Source: Melioribacteraceae bacterium (GTDB taxonomy: Bacteria; Bacteroidota; Ignavibacteria; Ignavibacteriales; Melioribacteraceae). From it: 64,000 nt of DNA. A model generated the notes under the pieces. The model ran no database searches. It was not told where the DNA came from and was given only the letters and a program-made list of their open reading frames with translations. Below, piece by piece: positions 18,400 to 28,563 of the stretch. How positions within the stretch are numbered: position 1 is the stretch's first letter; each line of letters opens with the position of its first letter. The stretch spans positions 145,061-209,060 of the forward strand of contig JBAYTN010000001.1 in assembly GCA_041675645.1 (NCBI GenBank), in the 5' to 3' direction. Made by a program: the position numbers and the translations under genes.

Positions 18400-21300
18400 C
18401 TATAGTTTTCTTGCAACTACTATTGGCTTTTTAATTGTCTCAACGTTATTACTTCCTTCAGCAGCAATTTCTATTAATAGAATATAGATTCCCATACGAA
18501 GAGCTCTTCCGTCATCATCAAGCCCATCGAAAATAACAGTATTGTTTGCAGCTGACGGATGATTTTGTAGCAGTGTTCTTACCAATCGTCCTTGGCTATC
18601 AAAAACCTTTATCTGCACTTGTGAAAGTTTGTACGGTAAATTAAAACTGATAATTGAAAAATCTTCAAAGCCATCATTGTCCGGAGAGAACGGATTCGGA
18701 CTTATACTTACCCTCGCATCAGTTGCAAGGTTTTCCGTATAAACAGAATTCTGCTTGCCCGGTGTAGCGCCTTCGCTGGTTACACTCGTACTCCAATTAG
18801 CTCTGTCGTTTGAACTCAACGAAGGATTCAATCTTTCTAATGATTTGTTTTTCGTCTCAAGAAAATTTCTGTTATGCCATGCCGGAGAATAAACAACCGA
18901 ATCTAACGTTGTTCCGTATAAATCTTTCATTAACAATGGAGTTCCTTCGTTAGACAAACTGAGAGAAGACGAAACACGAGTAATATTTCGTTTTAACGTA
19001 GGGTATTTATTGTAGATAGATGAATCTGAAGCAAGTACCAGAAATTCTTTAGGAGGTATTATAAAAGTTGATGCCGATAACTTCACTTTATCTTTTGTGC
19101 CAACGCGAAGATCCAAGCCGCCAACTTGAATAGAATCGTTTGAGGTATTGTAGAACTCTACAAACTCAGCGTTTCCGCTTTCCGGTTCATAAAGTAATTC
19201 ATTAAGAACAAGAGAGCCGGTTTTATAAGCTTTAGGATTAGCAGAAGTATTTTTCACACCCGGCGAAGCACCTACATTTGAAATGGATACGATCCAGTTT
19301 GTGCTGTCGTTTGTAGCTTTTGTAAAAGATATTCTTTCGAGCGATGAACCGTTGCCGCCGCCCCAACTTGATTTGTAGAAGAAGCTATCAATTACAGCAC
19401 CGCGAAAATCGTAAATTATTATACCATCGGAAGTATTGCCAAGCGAACCAAACTTGGCTTGATAAAATTTCTTAGGCGGATTGTATGCATAAGCTTGTGT
19501 ATCCGGAGTAGCAATTGCGTATTCACCCGGCTGCAGAAATTCATCATTGATTGTTAATAGAGCTTTTGTGGGTGAAGGGAGAACATCGCCGACAGCCCAG
19601 TTCTTTAGATTAATTGCCTCATTTGAAACGTTTAGAAACTCAACCCATTCCGGTTCGTGAGTAAGAGGATCATACATTACCTCGGTAATTAGAACCGAGT
19701 TTTGTTTTGCGCCCGGTATAATGTCTCCGATGAAAGAATTGTTCAACGTGTCTTCATCGTTAGTAAAAGTAACTTTGCACAAAACCGTTTTCGCTTCGGA
19801 TAATTTTATTTTAGTTGATGAATAAACAACTACGGAATCATTGCTCTTTAGATTTACTCCATTCGTTTCGCCCAAATATGAATATAGATTATTATTCTTC
19901 ACGTAGTATTTTACAGTAAACTTATCCGCATCGAATGTTCCGTAATTAATCACTCTCATTCCAACGTTTATGTCTTCATTAAAAGCGGGGTAAAGCGGTT
20001 TTGGTACCAAAGCTTTAAGAGCAAGATCATATTTCTTTATCGCTATGCTATTTATTCTGCCCGGAGTACTCAACTCTAAATCTTTTGAAGAGCCCCAATT
20101 ATTTTTTTCAGAAGAAGCTATTGAGGTCATCCTTCTTTCAAGCGATTTTCCGTTTTCGCCGCCCCATTTACTATCGAAGCGAACCGAATCAATCGTCACA
20201 TCGCGAGAATCTTTAATGACAACACCATCAGCATCATTATTCAAATTCGCAAAACTCGTAATAATCAGCTTGGAAGGAATCGCATTATGATAGTTTTTAA
20301 TTGTAGAGTCTTTTGCAATAACCAAAAATGTGTTTTTCGGAAAGACCGAATCTTTAGCTTTAACAATTTGTTTTTGAGGAGTTGTTAGAATATCTGTAAT
20401 TGACCAATCTTCCAAATCGACATCGTTTGCAGATGCATTATAAATCTCCAACCATTCCGGCTCGCCGTTAATTGGATTATACATTACTTCATTTATATAA
20501 ACTGTTCCGGCTGTGTATCCTGGACGAACAGAAGCTGAGAATGCATTATTCGTAAAATCTTCATCTGAACCAAAATCGGCAACAACTTCAAAAGTATTTT
20601 TTGCAAGAATGCTTTCGATAGCATAAGAAAAATCATAAGAAAGCGAAGCGTCTTTCGAAATAATCATTGTGTTTGTTTCTTCAATTTTCTGCTTCGTTCC
20701 ATCCTTGTTAACTTTATTCAAAACAAATTTGAATGAAGCGTCTGTCTTACCAAAGTTTGTTGCTGCAACAGAAATTTTTACACGCTGACCAACAATTGGA
20801 ACGGCTGGAGTAAACAAAAGCTTTGTAACCGATACGTCAAATTTCTTTCGAGAGATTGAATTAATAAATCCCGGTGTTGCGCCAAGCAGATGAAGCGAAG
20901 TTTTCCAATTAGTTGAATCTGTTGACAATTTCACCCAATCTAATCGCTCTAAAGATTTTCCGCCCGTTCCTCCCCAGCCACTTTTATATTCAAGAGAATC
21001 GATTGTACGATCGAGTGAATCAAGTATAACAACTCTGTCCTTAGAATTATTAAGCGTTGGGAATGAGGCTATCACAGATTTTGTGATGTTTGTGAAGCGT
21101 GTATAGACTGCACTGTCTTTTGCTACAACAAAATATTCTTCCGGTTTCAAAACGACATCTTGAGCAATAACTTTACTTTTGGTAGAACCGTTTGCAATTT
21201 GGTATCCCTTTAGATTAATCTGCTTTAGACTGTTATTATAGATTTCAATCCACTCCGGCTCCCCGGTTAGAGGCGCATACATAATTTCGTTAATTACCAA

Positions 21301-24300
21301 ATCATTTCTTTCTTCATTTACAACAACGGCATTTATTGTTAGCGGAAACATATTGTTATCTAAATATTGATCTGCCGGATATTCTACTGTTGCTAAGTAC
21401 TGGTTTAATCCAATTACATACGACCCATCTTCAACATCATACTTGCTCGCTGTGTTAATCGCCAAGCTGGTTTCATTCTTTAAATAAACCAGCTCGTTTG
21501 TTTCGCCAATACCATTTTTATTTGCATCGCGGTAGAGTTTAACCGAGAAAGCCGACGCAGCATTTTTACCAATATTCTTTATTTCTATACTCATTTTAAT
21601 TTTTCTTCCAACAACCGCATATTTTTGTACCGCTGAAAGAGAACTTAAATAAATATCGTGATCTTTTGGTGAAACCGAGTTTATTCTTCCCGGCGAACTA
21701 AATTCACTGTCTATTGAAGAACCCCAATTAGTCTTTAGATTAGTGGTACTTTCAAACAAAATTCTCTCTAGCGATTTTCCATTTTCTCCGCCCCATGTTT
21801 TATCGAACAGCAATGAATCAATCATTACATCGCGGGAATCTTTAATTACAATGCCCTCTGTATCATTATTCAGATTTGCAAAAGGACTGACAATTACTTT
21901 CCCATTAATTGTCTTATGAAAATCAAGCAGAGTGCTATCCTTTACTATAACTAAATAGGTTTTGCTTGGAAAAGAGAAATCCTTTGCTTGAATTTTTGTC
22001 TTTAGTGGAGAAGTTAGTACATCAGTAATCGACCATTCTTCTAAATCTACATCATATGCAGATGCATTATAAAGTTCTATCCACTCCGGTTCTCCATTCA
22101 TTGGAGCGTACATTACTTCATTCAGCACAACTGTTCCCGATGGATATCCCGGACGAACAAAGTTAGTTACTGTGTTATTTGCTAAATCCTCATCCGCACT
22201 ATAATCAGCAATCGCTTCAAATGTCTGTTTGGATGTAATGTTATCAACAGCGTGAGTAAACTCATAAGAAACTGAAGTACCGACTGCAATAGTTAGATTG
22301 TTCGACTCTTCAACTTTTAGCTTGCTTCCGTCCTTGTCAATCTTATTCAAAACGAACTTAAATGATGCACCGTTTTTCCCAATATTAGTTGCGCTTGCAG
22401 AAATTTTTACTCTCTGACCTACAACCGGCGCTGAAGGAGTGAAAACTATATTTGATATAATAACATCTCTGTCTTTTGGTGAAACAGAATTATTTTTTCC
22501 GGGTGTGCTAAGTTCAATATCTTTTGAAAAGTCCCAATTTGATTTATCATTTGTGGCGCTTTCATAAACCTTACGTTCTAAAGACTTGCCGGCGTCGGCT
22601 CCCCATGTTTTATCATATAACAATGAATCGATTATAACATCGCGAGAATCTTTTATAACAATTCCGTCTGAGTCATTATTTAGAGGGGGTAATGGATTTA
22701 CAATAAATTTTCCGGCAATCGATTCGTGAAAGCTTTTTATTGTACTATCTTTTGCAATCACCAAATAAGTTTTGCTAGCAAACAAATTATTTGGGGCGGC
22801 AATTTTGACTTTATACGGGGATGGCAACACATCTGTTATCGACCAATCATCCAAATCAATATTATAGTCGGAGCTGTTATATAACTCAATCCACTCCGGT
22901 TCACCATTCATTGGGGCGTACATCACTTCATTCAGCACGACTGTTCCGGATGGATATCCCGGACGAACAAAGTGCGTCACTGTGTTATTGGTTAAATCTT
23001 CATCCGCACTGTAATCAACAATCGCTTCGAATGTCTGTTTGGATGTAATGTTATCAACTGCATAAACAAATTCATAAGAAACTGATGCGCCAACCGCGCT
23101 AGTTAGGATGTTAGACTCTTCAACCTTTTGCTTGCTTCCATCCTTATTTACTCTGTTCAAAACGAACTTAAATGAGGCACCGTTTTTCCCAATGTTAGTT
23201 GCGCTTGCAGAAATTTTTACTTTCTGACCTACAACCGGAGTTGAAGGAGTGAAAACAATATTTGATATAGCAACATCTCTATCCTTTGGTGAAATAGAAT
23301 TATTTTTTCCGGGTGTGCTAAGTTCAATATCTTTTGAAAAGTCCCAATTTGATTTATCGTTGGTGGCGCTTTCATAAACCTTACGTTCTAAAGATTTGCC
23401 GGGGTCGGTTCCCCATGTTTTATCATACAACAAAGAATCTATTGTTACATCGCGGGAATCTTTAATCACAATACCGTCTGCTTCATTATCTAGTGGCGGA
23501 AAAGAACTTACTATAAACTTACCGGAGATTGATTTGTGAAAATCTTTTATTGTGCTATCTTTTGCGATGACCAAATATGTTTTACTCGGAAAAGGAATGT
23601 CCTTTGCCAAGATTTTTCTTTTTTGCGGAGTGGTTAACACGTCAGTAATTGACCAGTCTTCCAAATCAACATCGAAAGATGACGCATTGTAGAGCTCAAT
23701 CCACTCCGGTTCACCGTTAAGAGGATTGTACATCACTTCGTTAAGTTTTATAGTACCGGCTAAATATCCGGGACGAACAGAAGCAGTTGTTGAATTATTC
23801 GCTTGATCTTCATCAAGTGCTAAATCAGCGATTACTTCGAAAGTTTGCTTTGAAGCAAGAACTTCCACAGCAAATGTAAAGTTGTAAGTAAGCGAATTTC
23901 CTTTTATCAAAGTAATGGTATTCGATTCTTCTACTTTCTGTTTGCTTCCATCACTATCAACTCTGTTCAGAACAAACTTAAATGAAACATCGTTTTTACC
24001 AATATTTGAAGCACTTGCAGCTATGGTTACCCTTTGCCCAACCAGCGGTGAGGAAGGCGTATATATAATTTTGGAAACAGCTACATCAAAATTTTTCTGA
24101 GAACTTGAATTCACTATTCCGGGTGTTCCTCCCAAATTGTTAAGCGAAGTTATCCAATTCGATGAATCAACAGAGGTTCTAATCCAATCAACACGTTCCA
24201 AAGACTTTCCAACACCTCCGCCCCATGAGTTTTTGTATTCGAGAGAATCTATTGTGCGGTTAAGCGAATCCAGAATTACAACTTTATCTTTAGTGTTAAG

Positions 24301-26316
24301 CAATGTTGGAAACGTTGCCACCGAAAATTTTGATGTTTTCGGATAAGTTTGATACATAGAGCTATCGCGCGTGATTACAAAATACTCTTCCGGATTTATT
24401 ACTATGGTTTTATCAACCACTTTATTTTTTGAAGATGAATTAGCTAATTGATAACCTCTCAGATTAATCTGCTTAGAACTCCTATTGTAAACTTCCACCC
24501 ATTCCGGCTCTGAAGAGTTCGGGCTATACATAATTTCATTTACAACTAAATCGCCGGGCAATTCATTTATCTGTACTGCATTGAATTTTAATACTGAAAT
24601 ATTGTTTTCAAGATATTCATCGTTTAATAAATCAACACGAACAATAAATTGATTTGAACCGGCAACGAAGCTTCCCACAGTGAAGTTTAAATTTACTATT
24701 GCCAGATTAGCAAAAACAGTTCCTTTTATTTCGTCTATCTTCTCATCATCATCGATAGTATTGTTAAGATTAATATCGCGGAACAGTTTAGCAGAATAAG
24801 CTGTTTCTGTACTCTTACCTAGATTTTCTATCGTTGCTGTTAATTGAATTGTCTTTCCAATTTCGGCGTACTTGGAGCTTGTTCCAAAACTTTTAACACT
24901 CAGATCATGACTCTTCTCCGAAACCGAATTTATTTTTGAAGGCGTAGCTTTGTACTTGCTTAAAGAGGTATTCCAGTTAGCAGCATCTATCGAAGAAGCA
25001 TTGAATGAAATTCTCTCCAAAGACTTCCCGCCGCTGTTTCCTCCCCATGTAGGCGCGTATTTTAAAGAATCAACCGTAGAGTTCACATTACTTTTAAGAA
25101 TTACATCATCACCCGTATTGCTAAAAGAAGGAAGCCCTTTTACAATTAAATTGAGCGAATGACTGTAATAGTTTGTAATAGTTGCGTCGCTGCTTATAAC
25201 AACATATTCGCTAGGCTGAAGTAGAAAATCGTTTGAGGTAATTACAGCAGTAGTGGAATTATCGGAAATTTTCCAGTTTTTTAGATTTACCGTATGATCT
25301 GTTCTATTAAAGAGTTCAATCCACTCCGGTTCATCGTTAGAGGGCGCGTACATAATTTCATTTATTACAACATCCGTATAAGAAGCCGGTTTTTCAGATA
25401 TAGTGGTTAAAACATAAGCTCTGTTATCGGAAAGCTTTTCGTCCGGAGTATAATTAACTTTTGCAATAATCAAATTCTGCCCTATCTGCTCAGCATAAAA
25501 TTTAGCATCTACAAAAATTGAATCGTTCGATGAGAGGTCTATATAACTCTGACTAAATATTCTTTCACTTATCTGCTCTACCGAATCGGCATTTTGATCA
25601 CGAAAGATTTCCACAGAATAGGCGGAAGCATCCAGGACGCCGTTATTCTTTACAATAAATTGCACATAAACCGAATCCCGCTCTACGGGATTTGCCGGTG
25701 TTAAAGAACTTAATCTGACTGTAAGGTTATGCAAGTAGCTTATAGGTGTTACGGAATTTATTTTTCCGGGAGAGCCGTTAGCAGTTGTTCCGTTACGCCA
25801 ATTTGCGGAACTGTTATCCTTACCGAGTAAGTATTTTTCATCGGAGATTCCGGAATTGTTATCTGCCGAATATGTATAAGTATCTATCACCTCGCTCGCA
25901 GCATTAAGCAAAGAAACGTCGCGGCTAGTGGTATTTGCCATACCGGAAGAACCAAAAGACGCATCTGTAATTTTTAATACTATTGCATCGGCGGGGATTA
26001 AATTTTTATATGCGCCGTTATTGTAATCATAATCACTTTCTATTATAACCGCATATTTGCCCGGTTGAAGATCCATTCCACCAATAAAAGCAACTAGATT
26101 ATCTGACGAGGAGGTGTAATACTTAATCTTGAACCCGGTAAGATTAACAGTTTCGGTAGTTGAGGTGTTATAAATTTCTATAAACTCGCCGTTGCTTTCG
26201 GATGGATTAAACATGATTTCAGAAAGCGTGAGAACCGATCCGGTTTGTCCGAATGCTTGTGGAGTGGCTAAAAACAGCAAGGTAATTGCTGCAAAGACAA
26301 ATATTATTTTTTTCAT
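18400..26316 (-). CDS. giant (2638 aa) secreted surface protein: 10 lamin-tail domains (LTD) interleaved with CARDB-like Ig domains, with a T9SS type-A C-terminal sorting domain
   Basis: Signal peptide MKKIIFVFAAITLLFLATPQAFGQ. Ten copies of the LTD signature N-E-[IV]-M-Y-x-P...EPEWIE[LI]YN. Repeated DV.IS.I.FTPS.PVVGQ.V.ISASATNIGKN modules (CARDB-like). The C-terminal ~85 aa (ISPNPFSPDNDGFEDFSIISFNL...IKVFDSQGRLVRTL...GIYILLIE) matches the T9SS type-A CTD. Confidence 0.8.
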   Translation of the reverse strand: MKKIIFVFAAITLLFLATPQAFGQTGSVLTLSEIMFNPSESNGEFIEIYNTSTTETVNLTGFKIKYYTSSSDNLVAFIGGMDLQPGKYAVIIESDYDYNNGAYKNLIPADAIVLKITDASFGSSGMANTTSRDVSLLNAASEVIDTYTYSADNNSGISDEKYLLGKDNSSANWRNGTTANGSPGKINSVTPISYLHNLTVRLSSLTPANPVERDSVYVQFIVKNNGVLDASAYSVEIFRDQNADSVEQISERIFSQSYIDLSSNDSIFVDAKFYAEQIGQNLIIAKVNYTPDEKLSDNRAYVLTTISEKPASYTDVVINEIMYAPSNDEPEWIELFNRTDHTVNLKNWKISDNSTTAVITSNDFLLQPSEYVVISSDATITNYYSHSLNLIVKGLPSFSNTGDDVILKSNVNSTVDSLKYAPTWGGNSGGKSLERISFNASSIDAANWNTSLSKYKATPSKINSVSEKSHDLSVKSFGTSSKYAEIGKTIQLTATIENLGKSTETAYSAKLFRDINLNNTIDDDEKIDEIKGTVFANLAIVNLNFTVGSFVAGSNQFIVRVDLLNDEYLENNISVLKFNAVQINELPGDLVVNEIMYSPNSSEPEWVEVYNRSSKQINLRGYQLANSSSKNKVVDKTIVINPEEYFVITRDSSMYQTYPKTSKFSVATFPTLLNTKDKVVILDSLNRTIDSLEYKNSWGGGVGKSLERVDWIRTSVDSSNWITSLNNLGGTPGIVNSSSQKNFDVAVSKIIYTPSSPLVGQRVTIAASASNIGKNDVSFKFVLNRVDSDGSKQKVEESNTITLIKGNSLTYNFTFAVEVLASKQTFEVIADLALDEDQANNSTTASVRPGYLAGTIKLNEVMYNPLNGEPEWIELYNASSFDVDLEDWSITDVLTTPQKRKILAKDIPFPSKTYLVIAKDSTIKDFHKSISGKFIVSSFPPLDNEADGIVIKDSRDVTIDSLLYDKTWGTDPGKSLERKVYESATNDKSNWDFSKDIELSTPGKNNSISPKDRDVAISNIVFTPSTPVVGQKVKISASATNIGKNGASFKFVLNRVNKDGSKQKVEESNILTSAVGASVSYEFVYAVDNITSKQTFEAIVDYSADEDLTNNTVTHFVRPGYPSGTVVLNEVMYAPMNGEPEWIELYNSSDYNIDLDDWSITDVLPSPYKVKIAAPNNLFASKTYLVIAKDSTIKSFHESIAGKFIVNPLPPLNNDSDGIVIKDSRDVIIDSLLYDKTWGADAGKSLERKVYESATNDKSNWDFSKDIELSTPGKNNSVSPKDRDVIISNIVFTPSAPVVGQRVKISASATNIGKNGASFKFVLNKIDKDGSKLKVEESNNLTIAVGTSVSYEFTHAVDNITSKQTFEAIADYSADEDLANNTVTNFVRPGYPSGTVVLNEVMYAPMNGEPEWIELYNASAYDVDLEEWSITDVLTSPLKTKIQAKDFSFPSKTYLVIVKDSTLLDFHKTINGKVIVSPFANLNNDTEGIVIKDSRDVMIDSLLFDKTWGGENGKSLERILFESTTNLKTNWGSSIDSEFSSPGRINSVSPKDHDIYLSSLSAVQKYAVVGRKIKMSIEIKNIGKNAASAFSVKLYRDANKNGIGETNELVYLKNETSLAINTASKYDVEDGSYVIGLNQYLATVEYPADQYLDNNMFPLTINAVVVNEERNDLVINEIMYAPLTGEPEWIEIYNNSLKQINLKGYQIANGSTKSKVIAQDVVLKPEEYFVVAKDSAVYTRFTNITKSVIASFPTLNNSKDRVVILDSLDRTIDSLEYKSGWGGTGGKSLERLDWVKLSTDSTNWKTSLHLLGATPGFINSISRKKFDVSVTKLLFTPAVPIVGQRVKISVAATNFGKTDASFKFVLNKVNKDGTKQKIEETNTMIISKDASLSYDFSYAIESILAKNTFEVVADFGSDEDFTNNAFSASVRPGYTAGTVYINEVMYNPINGEPEWLEIYNASANDVDLEDWSITDILTTPQKQIVKAKDSVFPKNTFLVIAKDSTIKNYHNAIPSKLIITSFANLNNDADGVVIKDSRDVTIDSVRFDSKWGGENGKSLERRMTSIASSEKNNWGSSKDLELSTPGRINSIAIKKYDLALKALVPKPLYPAFNEDINVGMRVINYGTFDADKFTVKYYVKNNNLYSYLGETNGVNLKSNDSVVVYSSTKIKLSEAKTVLCKVTFTNDEDTLNNSFIGDIIPGAKQNSVLITEVMYDPLTHEPEWVEFLNVSNEAINLKNWAVGDVLPSPTKALLTINDEFLQPGEYAIATPDTQAYAYNPPKKFYQAKFGSLGNTSDGIIIYDFRGAVIDSFFYKSSWGGGNGSSLERISFTKATNDSTNWIVSISNVGASPGVKNTSANPKAYKTGSLVLNELLYEPESGNAEFVEFYNTSNDSIQVGGLDLRVGTKDKVKLSASTFIIPPKEFLVLASDSSIYNKYPTLKRNITRVSSSLSLSNEGTPLLMKDLYGTTLDSVVYSPAWHNRNFLETKNKSLERLNPSLSSNDRANWSTSVTSEGATPGKQNSVYTENLATDARVSISPNPFSPDNDGFEDFSIISFNLPYKLSQVQIKVFDSQGRLVRTLLQNHPSAANNTVIFDGLDDDGRALRMGIYILLIEIAAEGSNNVETIKKPIVVARKL
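20450..24400. repeat. intragenic tandem repeats of ~800 bp (LTD + CARDB unit)
   Basis: The segment starting near 22241 and the one starting near 23041 (for example ggatgtaatgttatcaac...tttttccgggtgtgctaagttcaatatcttttgaaaagtcccaatttgatttatc) are about 90% identical at DNA level over roughly 750 bp. Flanking copies near 20640 and 23840 are about 70% identical. The period is about 800 bp. Confidence 0.8.
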
Positions 26317-26498
26317 GTGCGGTATGGGTTGTAGGTTATTATTCGGATTGAAATATAACTAAAGCAAATTATCTCTGCATTAAGTTTCTTGAAATGAATT
26401 TGTTAGCTTTATCATAATTATTCTCCTTAAAGACTATATCTATTGTTATGTTATCCGATAATTGATATGTTCATTTCGGAAAATTAGCCAAGGAAAAC

Positions 26499-28553
26499 AT
26501 GAAACGCGTAAAACTATTTGTGGCTTTAATGATTACCGCTCTATTATTCAGTTGCAACATTAACGAGCCTAACATGCCCCAATGGGATGTATCGTTAAAC
26601 CTACCAATCGCTAAGAAAAACTATTCATTAATCGATTTGTTAGAAAAAAGCTCCGATTTGAATTACTACAAAGATGGCAGCAATCTCCTTTACTTCTCGC
26701 AAGAAAAAAGTATAGACCAGATTGAGCTGAAAGACAAACTGAAAATCGATGCCGTAACCGAATCGGCTTCAGAAACGATCGGGTCAATATCAATTGCGAG
26801 CGATTCCGTTACCGCAGATATTGGCTTTGGATGGATAAGCACCGGTATTACTCCAGGAATGCAAGCCGTCGTTCCTCCTATTAACGATGTGCCGGTATCA
26901 ATCAACACGGATATTCTGGATCAGTTTTTAACTGTAAAATTGGAAGCCGGGACAATTGACCTATCAATCACAAACCAGTTCCCATCTCCGGTATCTTTAA
27001 CAATTAGAAACATTGTTCTAAAGAACGCTTCCGGCGGTGAAGTTGTTGCACAATACAGCGGAAGTACAACAATTCCCGCTAAAGAATCCAGAACTATAAA
27101 AGCAATTCCAATTACAAAAGGAATTTTTATAAAGAACCAACTTACGCTCGATTGTTTGGTTTCAACCAATGGAAGCAATGGAACGCCGGTTACAATTCCA
27201 CAAAATTCTTTTTCTGTAAAAGCTAAGTTTGTTAATTTGAGCGTTGTTGAAGCACAAGCAAAAATTCCGGCGCAAGATCCGGTTGTTATTGATAATACAA
27301 TTACTATTGATGAAGGTGAAGCACAACCGACTAAATTTTCCAATATCAAAATTGAAACCGGCACGTTGACGGTTAAAGTAACCAACAATCTTGATGTTGA
27401 TGCGACACTGAATTTGACGATCAGCAATTTGAAAAATCCGAGCGGACAAATATTTACCGAAATTCGTTCGATTGCAAGAAAACAAACTGTAACTCTCTTC
27501 AACAACTTGTCCTTGCTGGATTATTCAATTGTAAGCACTAGCGGTTCTCCTACAAATCAACTTTCATACAAAATTTCTTTACAAACCAAAGCCACCAGTG
27601 ATTTTAGAACAATAAAGAGTACAGATGGAATTTCCGGTTCCGTTGAAATAAGCAATCTTAAGCTAAAAGAGTTCACAGGTCAGCTTCAACCTCAACTAGT
27701 TGAAGCAGAAAGAAGTGCTATTTCTCTCGATTTGCAAGATTTGAAGGATAAGCTGCAATTCCAGCAAATTAATCTGCGCAATCCTCTCGTTCAACTCCGT
27801 TTAAAAACCAACGCGCAGTTCGAATTCAGAATTGATGGCAGAATTGAAGGTAGAAACAGCCTTGGGCAAAAGGCGATTCTTGGATTAAATAGTAAAACAC
27901 TAAATACTACTTTAATAACTCCGGCCGATTCTATCTTAACAATAAATTCCGACAGCTTAAGTCTCTTCTTTAAAAAGTTTTCCCGTTTCCCGGATTCATT
28001 AATTGTGTACGCCGGCGGCACGCTTAATCCTAACTACAAAACAGTTAGCTTGAAAAGCACAGACAAGATTACCGGAAGAAGCATCTTCGAGCTTCCGCTG
28101 GATTTTGGAATATCAAACGCACAGATAACCGACTCCGTAGCCGTGGATTTATCGAACGATGAGCGAGATCAAATTAAAGATGTAAATTCAATAGAAGCCG
28201 GATTAGTTTTAACAAACGGTTTGCCCGCATCTATTTCTTTTACGGGAAAGATGTATGACCAAAACAATAATTTCTTAACCTACTTCCCGCCAAAGTATTC
28301 CGATCAAGATACTGTACTAACTTTTAATGGAGCCGCAACTGATGCATCCGGCAATGTATCTGTTAAAAATAAACAGACAAAAACGGTGAAAGCATTAAAG
28401 GCAGAAGTTGATAAAATTGCAAAAGCGAAATACATGAGAGTTAGGCTAACTTTGAATACAAGCGGATCGGGCAATTCACCGGTGCGCTTTAAAACTACAG
28501 ACGATTTACTAATTCACGCTTTCGGTTCAACCAATTACCGCGTAAAGCCATAA
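26499..28553 (+). CDS. large lipoprotein of unknown function
   Basis: 684 aa with lipoprotein signal MKRVKLFVALMITALLFSC. I recognised no known domain. Transcribed divergently from the T9SS cargo gene and followed 7 nt later by the outer-membrane barrel gene. Confidence 0.6.
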   Translation: MKRVKLFVALMITALLFSCNINEPNMPQWDVSLNLPIAKKNYSLIDLLEKSSDLNYYKDGSNLLYFSQEKSIDQIELKDKLKIDAVTESASETIGSISIASDSVTADIGFGWISTGITPGMQAVVPPINDVPVSINTDILDQFLTVKLEAGTIDLSITNQFPSPVSLTIRNIVLKNASGGEVVAQYSGSTTIPAKESRTIKAIPITKGIFIKNQLTLDCLVSTNGSNGTPVTIPQNSFSVKAKFVNLSVVEAQAKIPAQDPVVIDNTITIDEGEAQPTKFSNIKIETGTLTVKVTNNLDVDATLNLTISNLKNPSGQIFTEIRSIARKQTVTLFNNLSLLDYSIVSTSGSPTNQLSYKISLQTKATSDFRTIKSTDGISGSVEISNLKLKEFTGQLQPQLVEAERSAISLDLQDLKDKLQFQQINLRNPLVQLRLKTNAQFEFRIDGRIEGRNSLGQKAILGLNSKTLNTTLITPADSILTINSDSLSLFFKKFSRFPDSLIVYAGGTLNPNYKTVSLKSTDKITGRSIFELPLDFGISNAQITDSVAVDLSNDERDQIKDVNSIEAGLVLTNGLPASISFTGKMYDQNNNFLTYFPPKYSDQDTVLTFNGAATDASGNVSVKNKQTKTVKALKAEVDKIAKAKYMRVRLTLNTSGSGNSPVRFKTTDDLLIHAFGSTNYRVKP

Positions 28554-28563
28554 GGAGAGAGTG

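Noticed and set aside
22000-23700. Possible CRISPR array, given the regular ~800-bp repeat periodicity
   Set aside because: The repeats are hundreds of bp long, in-frame coding units of one protein. There are no short direct repeats with unique spacers anywhere in the window.
20045-25162. Several 60-80-aa plus-strand ORFs (20045..20290, 22821..23048, 23915..24100, 24137..24346, 24950..25162) inside the giant gene
   Set aside because: These are shadow ORFs antisense to a strongly supported 8-kb coding region. They have low-complexity composition.
26611-28021. Minus-strand ORFs (26611..26793, 26690..26908, 26921..27505, 27162..27485, 27791..28021) overlapping the lipoprotein gene
   Set aside because: They are antisense shadow ORFs within a long ORF that has a clear lipoprotein signal. 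I found no independent support.
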